Shown one piece after another: positions 36,880 to 50,803 of a DNA stretch of 64,000 bases (position 1 is its first letter; the number at the start of each line of letters is the position of its first letter). Position numbers and translations under genes: made by a program. The notes under the pieces were generated by a model. It ran no database searches and was not told where the DNA came from. It saw nothing but the letters and a program-made list of their open reading frames with translations. The stretch spans positions 137,084,001 through 137,148,000 of the forward strand of contig CM059432.1 of NCBI GenBank assembly GCA_030390025.1, written 5' to 3'. Source of the DNA: Squalus acanthias. Lineage: Eukaryota.

Positions 36880-37386
36880 CTCTCCACTTGCCTGGATGAG
36901 TGCAGCTCCAACAACACTCAAGAAGCTCGACACCATCCAGGACAAAGCAGCCCGCTTGATTGGCACCCCATCCACCATCTTAAACGTTCACTCCCTCCAC
37001 CACCGGCGCACCGTGGCTGCAATGTGTACCATCTACAAGATGCACTGCAGCAACTCGCCAAGGCTTCTTTAGCAGCACCTCCCAAACCCGCGACCTCTAC
37101 CACCTAGAAGGACAAGGGCAGCAGGCGCATGGGAACACCACCACCTCCAAGTTCCCCTCCAAGTCACACACCATCCTGACTTGGAAGTATATCGCCGTTC
37201 CTTCATCGTCGCTGGGTTAAATACTTGGAACTCCCTCCCTAACAGCCTGTGGGTGTACCTTCACCACACGGACTGCAGCGGTTCAAGAAGGTGGCTCACC
37301 ACCACCTTCTCAAGGGCAACTAGGGATGGGCAATAAATGCTGGCCTTGCCAGCAACACCCACATGCCATGAAATAATTTTTTTAAA
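36880..37386 (+). mobile_element. 3' part of the second CR1-group family, nested in L2
   Basis: Interrupts L2 at atcagggat|gctcaagagg; ends ..gggcaataaatgctggccttgccagc. Confidence 0.8.
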
Positions 37387-38912
37387 ATGCTCAAGAGGCC
37401 AGAATTAGAGGAGCACAGATATCTCGGGGGGTTGTGGGGCTGAAGGAGATTACAGAGATAGAGAGGGGCGAGGCCATGGAGGGATTTTACAACAAGGATG
37501 AGAATTTTAAAATCAAGGCATTGCTTAACTGGGAGCCAATGTAGGTCAGCGAGCACAGGGGTGATGGGCGAAATGGACTTGGTGCGAGTTAGGTCATGAG
37601 CAGCCGAGTTTTGGATGACCTCAAGTTTACGTAGGGTAGAACGTGGGAGGCCAGCCAAGAGTGCGTTGGAATAGTCAAGTCTAGAGGTAACAAAGGCATG
37701 GATGAGGGTTTTCAGTCTCAGATGAGCTGAGGCAAGGGCGGAGACGGGCAATGTTACGGAGGTGGAAATAGGCGGTCTTAGTTATGGTACAGATTTGTGG
37801 TCAGAAGCTCATTTCAGGGTCAAATATTACACCAAGGTTGCGAACAGTATGGTTCAGCCTCAGATTGATGCTAAGGAGAGGGATGGAGTCGGTGGTTAGG
37901 GAACGGAATTTGTAGCGGGGACTGAAGACAATGGCTTCGTTCTTCCCAATATTAAAATGGAGGAGATTTCTAGTACTGGATGTTGGACAAGCAGTCTGAC
38001 AATTTAGAGACAGTGGAGGGGTTGAGAGAAGAGGTAGTGAGGTAGAGCTGGGTGTCGTCAGTGTACATGTGGAAACTGAAGCTATATTTTCGGATGATGT
38101 TGCCGAGGGGCAGCATGTAGATGAGAAATAGGAGGGGGCCAAGGATAGATCCTTGGGGGACACCAGAGGTAACGATGCGGGAGTGGAAGAGAAGCCATTG
38201 CAGGTGATTCTCTGGCTATGATTAGAAAGACAAGAATGGAACCAGGCGAGTGCAGTCCCACCCAGCTGGACGACGGTGGAGAGGTGTTGGAGGAGGATGG
38301 AGTGGTCAACCGTGTCAAAGGCTGCAGACAAGTCAAGAAGGACGAGGAGGGATAGTTTACCTTTGTCACAGTCACGTAGGATGTCATTTGTGACTTTGAT
38401 CAGAGCCGTTTCGGTATTGCGGCAGGGGCAGAAACCTAATTGGAGGGATTCAAACATGGATTTCTGGGAAAGACGGGCACGGATTTGGGAGGTGACAACA
38501 CGTTCAAGGACTTTGGAGAGGAAAGGGGGGTTGGAGATGGGGGTGGCAGTTTGCAAGGACAGAGAGGTCAAGGATTGCTTTTTTGAGGAGAGGTGTGATG
38601 GCGGCAGATTTGAACGAGAGGGGGACAGTACCTGAGGAGAGCGAACCGTTAACAGTCAGCTAACATGGGAGCCAGAAAAGGAAGTTTAGTCAGCAGTTTA
38701 GTGGGAATAGGGTCGAGGGAGCAGGAAGTGGGTCTCATGGACAAGATGAACGCGGAGAGGTCATGAGGGGAGATCGGAGAGAAACTGGAGAAAGATGTGA
38801 GTTCAGGGCTAGGACAGGGGGGAACCTTAGAGGAAGTTTGGCCTGGTGGGCATGGGGAAGGAAGGGAAGTGGCAGAGGCAGCGGAACAGATGGTCTCAAT
38901 CTTAGAGACAAA

Positions 38913-39573
38913 GGGGGAGAAATTTACTATCGCCCCTTTTGGGGCACTAATTTTTTAAAGTTTGAAAAGTTAGCGCCAGGTGCTAACGATTTCAAACTTT
39001 TAAAAAATGTGGTTTTGCGCTCCAAGAAGGTAGTGGAGGAGTAAATCAAGCTCCACTTCCTTCGTGGAGCGCAATCGGCAGCAGGCGGGGCGGGGACTTC
39101 AGCAGCGCTCCACACTGGGCCGTGCAGCGCCGCTGCGTTTAAAGGCTCCTTCCTTCCCTTAAAGGCTGCAGGCTCTGCAATTTAAAAGTACCTACCTGGA
39201 CCACCGAGGCAGCCGTGATCCCACGCAATCAGAACAGGAAAGGTAGGTTTTTTTTTTACTTACCTCGGCCACCTCGCTTTTAATCATCTCCCCCCTGAAG
39301 CGGCCGGCCGTCCGATGCACGCCTCCTGCAGTTGTCGGTGTTTTCGACCGGCGCTGCTACAGGGGGCGGAAGTCAATTTCGGGTCTGGGGCACTACCGGG
39401 GCGATGCGTACAGCGATGACGTCACGATCTCCGGGCGAAGGAGATCGGGGCGCAATGCTGTAGCGCCGCCGCAAAACTCCCGCCGAATATGGCGGGAGTT
39501 GATGTCAGCGCCGCGCCCAGTCGCAAAGCCCCGGGCGCTAATGGGAGGTGCAAAGGCACCCAATTTTGCCCTC
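38913..39573. mobile_element. Harbinger-type MITE inside L2
   Basis: TIR gggggagaaatt / aattttgccctc; TSD AAA; the empty site is visible in the other L2 (cttagagacaaagaagtcc, ~25131). Confidence 0.87.
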
Positions 39574-41694
39574 AAAGAAGTCTATGAGCTCCTCGCACTT
39601 GTTGTTGGAGGTGAGGGTGGAGGAGACAGGGGAGAGGGGATCAAGCAGACAGTTAGCAGTAGAGAAAAGAAGCCGGGGTTATCTTTGCATTCCAGAATGA
39701 TCCTGGAATAGTGAGCAGTTTTGGCAGACAAGAGCAGGACCCGATAATGCTTTATGTGGCCCAGCCAGATCTGGCGGTGAATGGCTAGACCAGTTGTCGG
39801 CCATATCTGCACCCCTTGGACTTAAGGGAGCAAAGCTGAGGGGGAGCAGCCAGGGTGAGAGAGACTAATGGTTTTAATAGGGACTAGGGCATCAAAAGTG
39901 GTGGTGAGGGTGTGGTTGAGCAGATCGGTAGCTGCAGAAATGTCATGGCAAATGGAGGGCCAGAGGCTGGACAGTTGGGATTTTGTAAGTGCAGTTGTGA
40001 GTGAGTTGGGAGAGAGTTTTTTCCAGGGGCGGACACAGAAAGAAGTAGAGTTGGGGGAGGGGAAGAGGGATGTGGGTGGAGAGCGATACAAGGAAGTGGT
40101 CAGAGATGGCTTTATCTATGATTGACACGATGGGAGTTGCGAGGCCACGAGAGGTGGCAAGGTCAAGGGGGTGGCCATGAATATGGGTTGGGGAGTTTAC
40201 ATGGAGGGAGAGATTAAGGGAGGATAGTAGGGTAGTGAACTCAGATGAGAGCGAGCATGATGAATTGAGATAGAGGTTGAAATCACCGAGGATGAGAAGC
40301 TGTTCGGTGCAAAGGCTGAGGGAGGAGAACAGTGAAGATATCTCGGTGAGAACATTTTTATGGTACTTGGGTGTGCGGTAGAGAATGAGAATTTTAAATG
40401 AGAGGTGAGAGGGGTGGAACAAGGTGAGATGCTCAAAGGAGGAGAAAGTGCCGGAGGAATAGGGGGACAGACCAAGGTGTGATTTGGTGATGAGAGCCAC
40501 ACTGCCCCCACGGCAGTCTGGGCAGGGCAAGTGGTGGAAGGTATAGCCAGGCGGGGAGGTTTCATTTCGGAGTAAGGTGTCATCACTCCTTAGGCTGGTT
40601 TCCGTCAGGGCCATGATGTCAATGGAATCATCCACGATAAGCTCATGGATGGCAAGGACCTTGTTCACAAGTAAACGGACATTCTGGAGGGAGATGCGGA
40701 GAGGGTCGGTGATGGCTGACCCACTGCCAGAGTCCACAGGGTTAGCACTGGGAGGGGTGAGTTGGACAGGGAGGAGATTGGTGAGATTTGCCCCCAGCAG
40801 GTGTGCTGGGCGGGAAGGTCGGCGAGAGAGTAGGATGGGACAGTTGGGGTTGCTGCTCGTGATGAGGCAGCGACGAGTGCCACAGTGGGCCCTTCGGAGG
40901 ATGCCAAGAGAGGCACAGAGGGAAGCTGTGGGCTTATCTAAGAGGGACTGAAGCCTGGGACGGCGGCAGGAGAGTAGGAAGATCGAAGAGTAATGAAGCG
41001 TTGGGGTAGGGATTTGGGAGGGCAGAGTACCCAAGAGAGGAGAAATGAAAGGAGGCATGACGACAGGAGAGCACGGTCAAGGAGGGGTAGAGAGAAAAGA
41101 AAAACGGGGAGAAAAAAGTGGAAATAGAAGTGATCGGTTCAGGTCTGGAGCGGCAGCCAAAATGCACACGCGAATGGACACAGGGAAAACTCAAGTTACA
41201 TAGGTCTGGTTTTGTGGCAATTATTGGGATATATATTTCCTGGTAGTAACAGGGAATAGATAGGAGACAATAGGAAGGAGTCCAGAGCTAAAGTCAGATG
41301 TCCCGTGGAGGGATAACATTAACATAGATAGGGTGGAGTCGGCATGGAGCATCGACAAACTGATGTCCAAGTTCGGAGACAGGTATACCGGGCGAGTGAA
41401 ATCCAGAAGCTATTTGATGGGTAGAGAATTTGAGGGTGGAGTTTATTTCCGCGGGAATGAGGATCCAGGAGATGTGCAGAATCGATTGCAGAGCAGAGTA
41501 TGATGGCGCAGTTGGAGGTCACCACAGATAAGAAGCGGCGGAGAAATGTAAACCACTAGCCAGAAACCAACAAAGCTGAAAAACCAGTTGAACCAGTCAC
41601 CCAGCTCAGCAGAGAACAGCAGCGGTGGGCGGAAGGCTGTAGATGGCCAAAGTTACTTTAATAGTTTTGAGCTGCTAGATCTGTCCTGAATCTG

Positions 41695-41832
41695 TCACAC
41701 AACACAATGGAGGGTGTCCTCAGTGTGAAGACAGGACTTCGTCTCCGCAATGACTGTGCGGTGGTCACTCCTACCAATACTGTCATGGACAGATGCATCT
41801 GCGACAGGCAGATTTGTGAGGACAAGGTCAAG
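41695..41832 (-). mobile_element. Endonuclease-region fragment of the second CR1-group family
   Basis: Minus strand LDLVLTNLPVADASVHDSIGRSDHRTV. Confidence 0.75.
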
Positions 41833-42594
41833 ACCGAAACTACTTGAACTTTGGTCAGTTTTCATTGAGGATAGCCGGGCAAAAAAGATTCACAACGTGT
41901 TCATGGACTGTCAAGAACAGTTCATAATTATTTCAAGCAGGGTTGAATAATATGCCCCATTGCGCAAGTGTCACTTTTTCTTTCTCTCCACTCCACTTGT
42001 GTCTTCTCCACGCGAGCACGTATTGAATTAGTGCTAATTACTGCTACATTTGGAGGTAATTTTATGCTGTGCGCTGTTGTTGGAAAAACACAAGGGGTCC
42101 CTTAAAAAGCTGTCAGGAGGAGAAGACTTTTATCCCATCTGTTTCTTAAGCATTCAGGACCCCAGGTCCTACTGGTGGAGGAACAGTGCTGAAGCACACA
42201 CAGTCCTCATCGTTTGGCATTCCTATTATGGGCTGCTAATTTTAGTACTGGTGTGGCATTTACAACATGCTGTTAAAAATTTGAGCATGCGACATCTAAT
42301 TATGCATATCATGTTAATTTACCTTGTCTTTATTAACTTTGCTTTTCCCATGTTACTGCGGCATATTCAATGACAGAAAGTGAGGTAAATGAAGACAAGT
42401 CAATTTAAAGGGGCCTTTTCATTTTATTGGAGAGATTTGGGGGGGACAGGCTACATTCATAAAATAATACAGGACAAGCTCCTTTGAAAGTTCTGTAGCC
42501 ACACTGTTAATGTTGCCCATCAGAACCAGCTGATGCCATTGTTTCCACTAGAAACTGATCATTCAAAATATGTTGAATGAGGAAAATAACTTTC

Positions 42595-43042
42595 TAACTG
42601 GTACCAGGGATGAGGGACTTCAGTTACGTGGAGAGACTAGAGAACCTGGGATTGTTCTCCTTAGAGCAGAGAAGGTTAAGGGAAGACTTAATAGAGGTGT
42701 TCAAAAAATTATGAAGAGTTTTGATAGAGTAAATAAGGAGAAACTGTTTCCGCTGGCAGGAGGGTTGGTAACAGAGGACACAGATTTAAGGTCATTGGCG
42801 AAAAAAGCAGAGGGGAGATGAGGAGAATTTTTGTTTTTAATTAAAAATTTTACGCAGCGAGCTGTTATGATCTGGAATTCACTGCCTGAAAGGGCGGTGG
42901 AAGCAGATTCAATAGTAACTTTCAAAAGGGAATTGGATACATACTTGAAAAGGAAATATTTGTAGGGCTGTGGGGAAAGAGCAGGGGGGAGTGGGACTAA
43001 TTGGAGAGCTCTTTCAAAGAGCCGGCAATGGCACGATGGGCC
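42595..43042 (+). mobile_element. CR1/HER1-like 3' fragment
   Basis: KIMKSFDRVNKEKLFPLAGG; matches 1-200. Confidence 0.87.
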
Positions 43043-43511
43043 CACCTTTACCCAAGTTACAACGGGAGATCGAATAAATGCCGCAGAAATTCAGGCCGTT
43101 TGGGAAACGATCTGGTCTCTTCATAAAACTAAAGAATGGGGAAGAGGTGGGATATTTTGGAAGATGCCTGGTTCCCAAAGTATCATGGTTAGAGATAAAT
43201 GCAGGAAAATCCAGTAAAAAAAGATAAGATAAATTAACAAAAGCGAGAGTGAAAAACTAACTAGAAATAGAACACGGTCCAGAATGGTTTCTGCTCAGCC
43301 ACTTAATAATCTTTATTAAAACAATATAGTATTTTGATTTTAATCATTAGGATTCTCACTATAACATTTATGCAACATCCATTCACAATACTGCTCAATT
43401 GCAGAATCAAAAACATGTCTGTATTGTCCTCATTTTCTATCAGTAATTTAGCTTCAGAAAAAAACAATTGGCTTATGTCAATGATATTGTATAAATCTTC
43501 CTTTAAAGTAT

Positions 43512-43965
43512 TAGCCGTGGGTAGCATTCTTGCCTCTGAGTCAGAAGGTTATGGGTTCAAGTCCCACTCCAGAGACTCGAGCATGAAATCCAGGCTGACC
43601 CTCCCAGTGCAGTGCTGAGGGAGCGCTGCACTGTTGGAGGTGCCATCTTTCGGATGAGCCGTTAAACGAGGCCCCGTCTGCTCTCTCTCAGGTGGATGTA
43701 AGCGATCCCATGGCACTATTTCGAAGAAGAGCAGGAGAGTTCTCCCCGGTGTCCTGGCCAATATTTATCCCTCAACCAACATCACTAAAAAACAGATTAT
43801 CAGGTCATTCTCTCATTGCTGTTTGTGGGAGCTTGCTGTGCGCGAATTGGCTGCTACGTTTCCCACATTACAACAGTGACTACACTTGAAAAGTACTTGA
43901 TGGGCTGTAAAACGCTTTGGGACGTCCTGAGGTCATGAAGTATATAAATGCAAGTCTTTCTTCTT
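43512..43965 (+). mobile_element. DeuSINE full length
   Basis: ggttcaagtccc B-box, core and tail. Confidence 0.9.
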
Positions 43966-45371
43966 TTTAAATCTTCTTTTACTTTTGTGTCAACTGGACT
44001 GAAATTCTGTAAGAACGACGGGAGACCAAGAATATGGCGGAAACTTTACCTAGAATTGCGTACAAGAGGTGAGCGACCCTCTTGGAATGTAGGGATTGAG
44101 GGATCGCCCATGGGTCTAGTGTGAAACACAGAAGCTTCAAATATCTAGAGTAAGAATGGTAAAAGGACCTAAAGAATGTAAGAATGCCCATATGTCTTGT
44201 GAGCGGTGGCACGGTGTGGTCACAGAACTGAAGCTTTGCTAACTGAAAGCCCTAGGTATCATTTCATCAGCCATTCTGTCTGATTTCGAGCAGTTCTAGT
44301 GCGAGTAAAGGGGAGGAAAATCAAGCAGAGAGATGTTCCCCAGTTCCTCGCCATCCATCCTCACTTCCATGATTTCCCACTAGAGTTTGATTATTGAGGG
44401 TTAACAATTTAAAAGAATTTCCTTGCCTAGCGCCTAATGCGTGAGATTCCATTTTTTAATTTTTAAATGTTTCAGCTTTTAAAACTTTGGCCAGCCACAC
44501 TATGCTGTTCCAAGCGCCGAAGCCATGTCCCTCGTCAGCCAAGACACAACGGCCAGGTAGCGCTGGAAATGATGCGGGGAGCCCAGTACATTTATTCAAC
44601 TGGTCCTTGCATCCGGAATTTAGCTGGAATTGAGTCCGGCAGAAAGAAAGACTTGCATTTATATAGCACCTTTCACGACCACCGGACGTCTCAAAGCGCT
44701 TTACAGTCAATGAAGTACTTTTTTGAGTGGAGTCACTGTTGTAATGTGGGAAACGCAGCAGCTAATTTGCGCACAGCAAGCTCCCACAAACAGCAATGTG
44801 ATAATGACCAGATAATCTGTTTTTGTTATGTTGGTTGAGGGATAAATATTGGCCCAGGACACCAGGGATAACTCCCCTACTCTTCTTCAAAATAGTGCCA
44901 TGGGATCTTTTATGTCCACCTGAGAGGGCAGACAGGGCCTCGGTTTAACGTCTCATCCAAAAGACGTCACCTCTGACAGTGCAGCACTCCCTCAGCACTG
45001 CGCAGGAGTGTCAGCCTAGCTTTATGTGCTACAAGTCCCTAGAGTGGGACTTGAACCCACAACCTTCTGACTCAGAGGCGAGTGTGCTACCCACGTTTTT
45101 TTTAAATTATTATATTATTTATTGAACATTAAGAACATTTACAACATCGTGATCATTCCATTGTATCATACACATCAATTCCACTGCTCTGCACAGCCAT
45201 TCCTCCACCACATATTAACATCAAAACCTAAAGTTTAATTTGTCTCCCGTAACATATATTAATCGATTGTACTTTAAAAATTGATTGTAAAATACTATCT
45301 TTAAATTCCTTTCTGAATAAAACATCCCCGAGCCTTATAATGATCTTTTAGCTTATATTTAAAATATTCTT

Positions 45372-48300
45372 TTAGATTGATTCTCCTCCCCTTAAAGACA
45401 GAGCATTCCTTCTTTGTACAATCAGGAATCTAGCCAAACTGAACATTAAATTAATTGCCGCTCCGCTAGACTCGGGCAGACTCTCCTGCAATCCCCATCT
45501 CAAAATTGAGTCCCACGGGATTCCCATTCTCGCTCTTCGGTCCCCACCCAGCAAAAAAACCTCACACAACTGTCGAACATAGTACTTAAAATCATTTAAC
45601 TGCGGACATAACACCAGTAAATGGGACAGAGTCTCATCCCATGTCCCACACACTGGGCAAGTTGCCCCCTCCACTCGTCCAATCTTACACAAGACCGTCA
45701 TGGTAAAAATCCGGTTATGAGCCAATTTGAAATCCAGTTCAATCCACTCTGGACATTTAAAATTCGCCCACGCTCCCTTTTCAAATCCTGTTGAAGTCCA
45801 GCTGTGGGTATATACTCTGCCAAAACTCCTGACCAGCAGGTGTCTTGAATCTCCATTCTCTAAATACCTCATAGAAATCTCGAGTATTACAGTTGTCAAA
45901 TTGGACCAGCTCTCCCCCTTTCTCCAGCAGAAAGCTTGGAAAAGCGGGAAGCATTTTACTTTATTTGGAGATTTCCACATTTATTTCTTCCATCCAATCC
46001 TGTGGCATTGCCCTCACAATCTTCTCATACATGATCCCTATTGCTTTTTCCTCTACCTGCTGATCCTCCTCCCACACCATGTCCCTCACTATCGCTTCCG
46101 GCAACCAACCTGGAATTACCTCGTATAATACATCTTTCACACATATAATACCAGCTTTTATAAAAGCTTGATTAAATAATACCTCTCCTTCAATGTTGAC
46201 CCACCTGTTCAAAAATAAGGGCTGTTCTAAAAATTCCTCAGCCCCCTTGGGCATAAACTGCACACTTTTTAAAAATTGGGCCCAAGTCTCTACAAACCCC
46301 CTTATAAAACCTAGGGAGAGGTTTAATCGATTTCAAAAACATATTATTGTATTCCATATACAATATCCCCTGCCCTCCTATCCCACTTCATTTTAAAACA
46401 TGCTCAAAACAACTCTTCCAAAAACTTCTATTTGACTTCTGAAGAAATCTCTTCACCCATTTGATTCTAAAGGATTTTTTCTTCAAATCAACATCTGAGA
46501 AATTGAGTCCTCCCTGATTTCTCCGTCCAATGATGGTATTGTAAGCAACCAAGGCTGGTTTCCCTTCCCATAAAAACCTCACACAAGCCTCTCAGATGGG
46601 CTTTTCCGCCCACTCAGGAATATCCTCCACCATCAATAAGTACCATAGCTTAGATAGCAGGGGAACGGACACCACTGTCGCTCTTCCTTGCACTTTCAAC
46701 CACCTTCTTTCCCATCTTCCCAAAATCTTTTTAATTTTCATAACCTTTGGTTCCCAATTTAATCGATCCACTTCATCCCTGTCTTTCTTGCACCCCATAT
46801 GCACCCCCAGAACTTCCAAAACCTCCACCACCTTAAAGGGACTTTCCTCCAACCATTCCCCCCTACCCCTTCCTGCAACCAGGCATTGGGACTTACTATA
46901 ATTCACTCTGGCTCCTGAAGCTCTACAATACTCCTCCACTACATCCATAGCTTTCCTCACTGACTCCCCATTTCTCAATGTTAAGGTTGTGTTATCTGCA
47001 TATTGGTGTATCACCGACACCAGCCCGGAACTGGGAACCGCAATCCCAACTACATCTTGTTTCTTTCGCATCATGTAACCTAATGGTTCTGCTACCAATG
47101 TGTACAACAATGGGGACAAGGGACAACCCTGTCTCACTGACCTCTGTATCGAAAAATACTTGGATAAAAAACCATTACATTTAACACAGCTAAATATGTT
47201 TGAATAAAAAATCCTTATCCACTCAATGAAATTTTCCCCGAAACCAAATGCTTCCAAAACCATCAATAAAAACTCATGAGAGCCCCTATCAAAGGCTTTC
47301 TCTTGATCTACCTTTAATACATAAGCCTCCCTTCCACTCTCTTCCATGAGCTCTATCGCATCTCGGATTGAGACCACAGAGTCTGCGATGTCCCGGCCTA
47401 TGACTCCATAGGACTGAGAGGGCAAAACTATCTGCGGCAACACCTCCTTCATACGATTTGCCATAACCCTCGCCAAGATCTTATAATCCACATTTAATAA
47501 TGTGATGGGCCTCCAATTCTTCAGATCCCTTCTATCCCCTTTATTTTTATAAGCTAAGCTTATGACACCTCTCCTCATAGATGGGGCCAGGCTTCCCTCA
47601 ATTTTAATTTCCTTAAAAACCTCTAAGAGCAATGGACTTAAAATCTCGAAAAATTCTTTATAAAATTCTGCACTTAGTCCATCGGACCCTGGGCTTTCCC
47701 CGCCCCCCCACCCACCTTCATTCCACTTATTGCTACTTTTATTTCCGCTAATCCTACTTCTTTGTCACACATGCTTCTCTCATCCTCCTTTAAAGCCTCT
47801 TCAATAAAAGCACTAACCTTCTCCATCGCCAAATTGGAAATGTCTTCTTTTGTATATAACTCTTGATAAAAGCTGCTAGCCGCCTCTAAAATCTCCCCAC
47901 TTTCATGAATGATCTTTTCCCCAACCTTCAACTCTCCAATTAATGATAATCTCTGTCGCAGCTTCTCTTGCTCTAGAAAATATCTAGTGCATCTCTCGCC
48001 CTCCAATGCATCTTTAGCCTTTGCACAGAGAATGGCCCCCTTGCATTTTTCAGCTTGCAATAATTCCCACTCTTCCTTTAACACCCGGAACTTAGTCTCA
48101 GCTCCCTTATCCCCTCTGTCAACTGCTTTACAGACATCCGTAAACCTTTTGTTTATATTCTCTCTCGACGCTGGTTAGCTGCTGCTCTCTCTTTCCCATA
48201 ACGTGCCGAAAAAACTTTTAACTCACATTTGAAATTGTCCCACCAAACTCTTCTTTCTTTCAAGAACAAAGGTTCCTTCCGAGCATTCTTTATTATATTT

Positions 48301-49125
48301 AAAATCCCTTCTTTATAAGCAATTTCTTTCAGGTATTGATTGTTTAAAATTAACAACCCTGAACCGGTTTTAACTCTGCTGTTCCTAATTCTAAGAACCA
48401 AAGCCGAGTGGTCACTAAAAAATACTTTTTTGTAATAAACCTCCATCACCTCAGAACTTAACCCTTCCCGCATTAACACAAAATCTATTCGGCTCTGTTT
48501 TAAAACATCACCCACCCAACCTGCTCTGGAGAGCTCCCTTTTTATGGGGTTCTGGTCCCTCCATAAGTCTCTCAAATTTAAATTTGCCATCATTTTTACA
48601 ATCATCCCTCTGGAGTTATCATCCTGAAGGTCATCTGGGCTGAAATGTCCATCCGAGATAAAAATACATTAAAATCCCCCACTATACAAGGATTTTCCAC
48701 CTCTGCCACTTTAGTGAATAACCCCCGAAAAAACTCACGACGCTTGCAATGGTCGTTCGGTGCATAGATATTAAAGAGATCGCAATTAAATCCTCCATTT
48801 TTACCCTTAGCCATAAAAATCTCCCCTCAGTGTCCTTGTCCACCAAGGCAACATTCTCTTTTATGGACGGACTCACCAAAACAGCCACCCCTCTACGGTT
48901 ATTGTTTGCACAACTTGCAAACACCTCTCCCTTCCAAACCTTCCGAACTCTTTCTAGGATATCCTCATCCCAAAAGGTTTCTTGCAGACTCAACAAGTCA
49001 GTGCCTTTAAAACACTGCAACAACTGCTGCAATTTCTTCTCACCCCTCAGTCCGTTCACATTAATCGAGACCAATGTAATCATGGCTCCGAATAAGGGAA
49101 GTATGCCTGATAATCTCCTCATCAT
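45372..49125 (-). pseudogene. Tx1 ORF2 (APE endonuclease, RT, C-terminal zinc finger), disrupted
   Basis: SINVNGL..LQET; NIYAPN..VGDFN; SRIDFVL..SDH; NWRPITLLNVDYKIL, DQEKAFDR, RQGCPLSPLLY, QYADN; CPVCGTWDETLSHLLVLC. Confidence 0.93.
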
Positions 49126-50803
49126 TTAATCTCTGGCTCTTCCCTCCTCTCATGCTCCTTCCCAACTTTTCGGGCAGCTGTTGCTTTTTCCTGCAACCTC
49201 CGGCTCTTTTTCACCTCCTGTTTGAACCTTCCCTGCTGTTTCAGCCTCTTCCTTGCATTAAGTTTGGGCCAAGGAGCTGCCCCTTCTCTCTCCTTCTGCC
49301 CCTCACTAACCTTTCCCTTTCCACATGATGCCACCCCACCCCCAACTTCCATGTCTCTGTCCCCCTTGGATTCCTCACTCTTGAGCTCTTCTGTAACCTC
49401 CCGTCCCTGCTCTGCGTCAGATACATAATCCTGCTCCCCATCAGATACATCATCCCCCATAGAGAGTCTTCCTGCTATCGCGGTTTCTCCAACAGTGCCG
49501 CTCCCTTCGGCCTCATCTCCACCACTGACCCTTGCTCCCTGATCCTTCTCTCTCTGGGACAATGGCGCACCTATATTGCTCCCTTCTGGCGACTTTGTCT
49601 CGCCGCTCCTGTCCTGCTGCCCCTTTAAGGCTCCTGCCTCTTGCACCCTCTCCTTGTCTTGTCCCCTCCTGCTCCCCGAGATGTCCGACTCCCCGTCTTT
49701 CTTTGGCGTACTTACACTTACCCCGCGCCCCACTCCCACCTCCTCTCCCCCCGCGGACCCCAGATTCTTTAGGGAGAGCTGAACTGTATTATGGCTCGAC
49801 TCTGCCCTTGACCCATGCTGCCCTCTGCTGTCTTTGTCCTTTTCCACCGTACTTGGTGTGTTTTCCACCATCTCCATCCTGTTCTCTGCTCTGCAATTTT
49901 CTGCCTCTTCCTACGCTCTTTTCTCCTTCAATTCACCAGCTGTGTCCTTCGCCTGCTCCGCTCCTCCGGCCGTTCCACTCACACCTCCTGCTCCTTCTCC
50001 CATCTCCTCATCACTCATAGAGCTTCCTTCTGCCTCACACTCACAGCGGGTGGGGCCTTTGTGACACAACCCACAGCTCTCCGCCTTGCAGCTCCGAGCG
50101 ATGTGTCCAGACTCGCCGCAATTCTAACAGTACAAGTCCAGACAGTTTCTTACAAGATGGTCGTGTCCAAGATAATAATAACAAACCTTCACTTGGTTAT
50201 CATGCAGTACTCGGAAGTACTGCACTCCTCCCATTGTCTCAAATTTCATGCTGTACGGTAATGACTTCACCCCCTCTGGGAACCGCACCTTTATGTAACG
50301 GTTCAATCTGCTACCTGTGTTCCTGGATAGTATCTCCTCTTTATTGCCAAGGAAATGTTAATGTCCCACGACTCCAACTTTTTGATTAGCACCTTGTCCT
50401 CAATATAAACCGGCAAGTTTAAGAATGAGACCACCACCTCTTCCGAATATAGCAGAGATACCTCCAAGAACTTATCTCCAACCTTCAAACTGTGTAAAAG
50501 TCTTTCCACCTCCTCTCGGCAACTGACCATCACCTCGAACCCAACATTCGGCTTTGGTCGGCAGGCAAAGCAGCTTCCCTCACCGCAGTCCTCATGTACC
50601 GCCTGGATAATATCCCAAGCTCGTATCTCCTTATCCTCGCACTGAACCACCACTGTGTTTTCTTTTCTAAACCTCCTAGGATCCCGGCCCAAATCTTTGG
50701 GTCTTTTTCTCTCCCTTCCAACAACAGTTTCTCCCCTGCTTAAATTCACCTTGGGAACTCTGTCCTCTGAGGGGCCCGGCACTCCGAACCCCTCAGCAGC
50801 CAC
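49122..50803 (-). pseudogene. Tx1 ORF1 (RRM-like region plus CCHC zinc knuckles, charged C-terminus), disrupted
   Basis: VVVSFLNLPVYIEDK..LESW; RYIKVRFPEGVKSLPYS; CYYYLGHDHLVRNC (degenerate); CGESGHIARSC. Confidence 0.85.

Larger units (their letters stand above)
36597..41190 (-). mobile_element. Near full-length L2 LINE (APE plus RT, degraded) with nested CR1-group and MITE insertions
   Basis: LQNVRLLVNK..MALTET..LILGDFN..ISDH; LDLSAAFDTVDH; SRLDYSNALL; (caa)n tail. Confidence 0.93.

Noticed and set aside
41230..41560. Minus-strand LLICGD motif hinting at another LINE endonuclease fragment
   Set aside because: Too degraded to support by eye; needs a translated search
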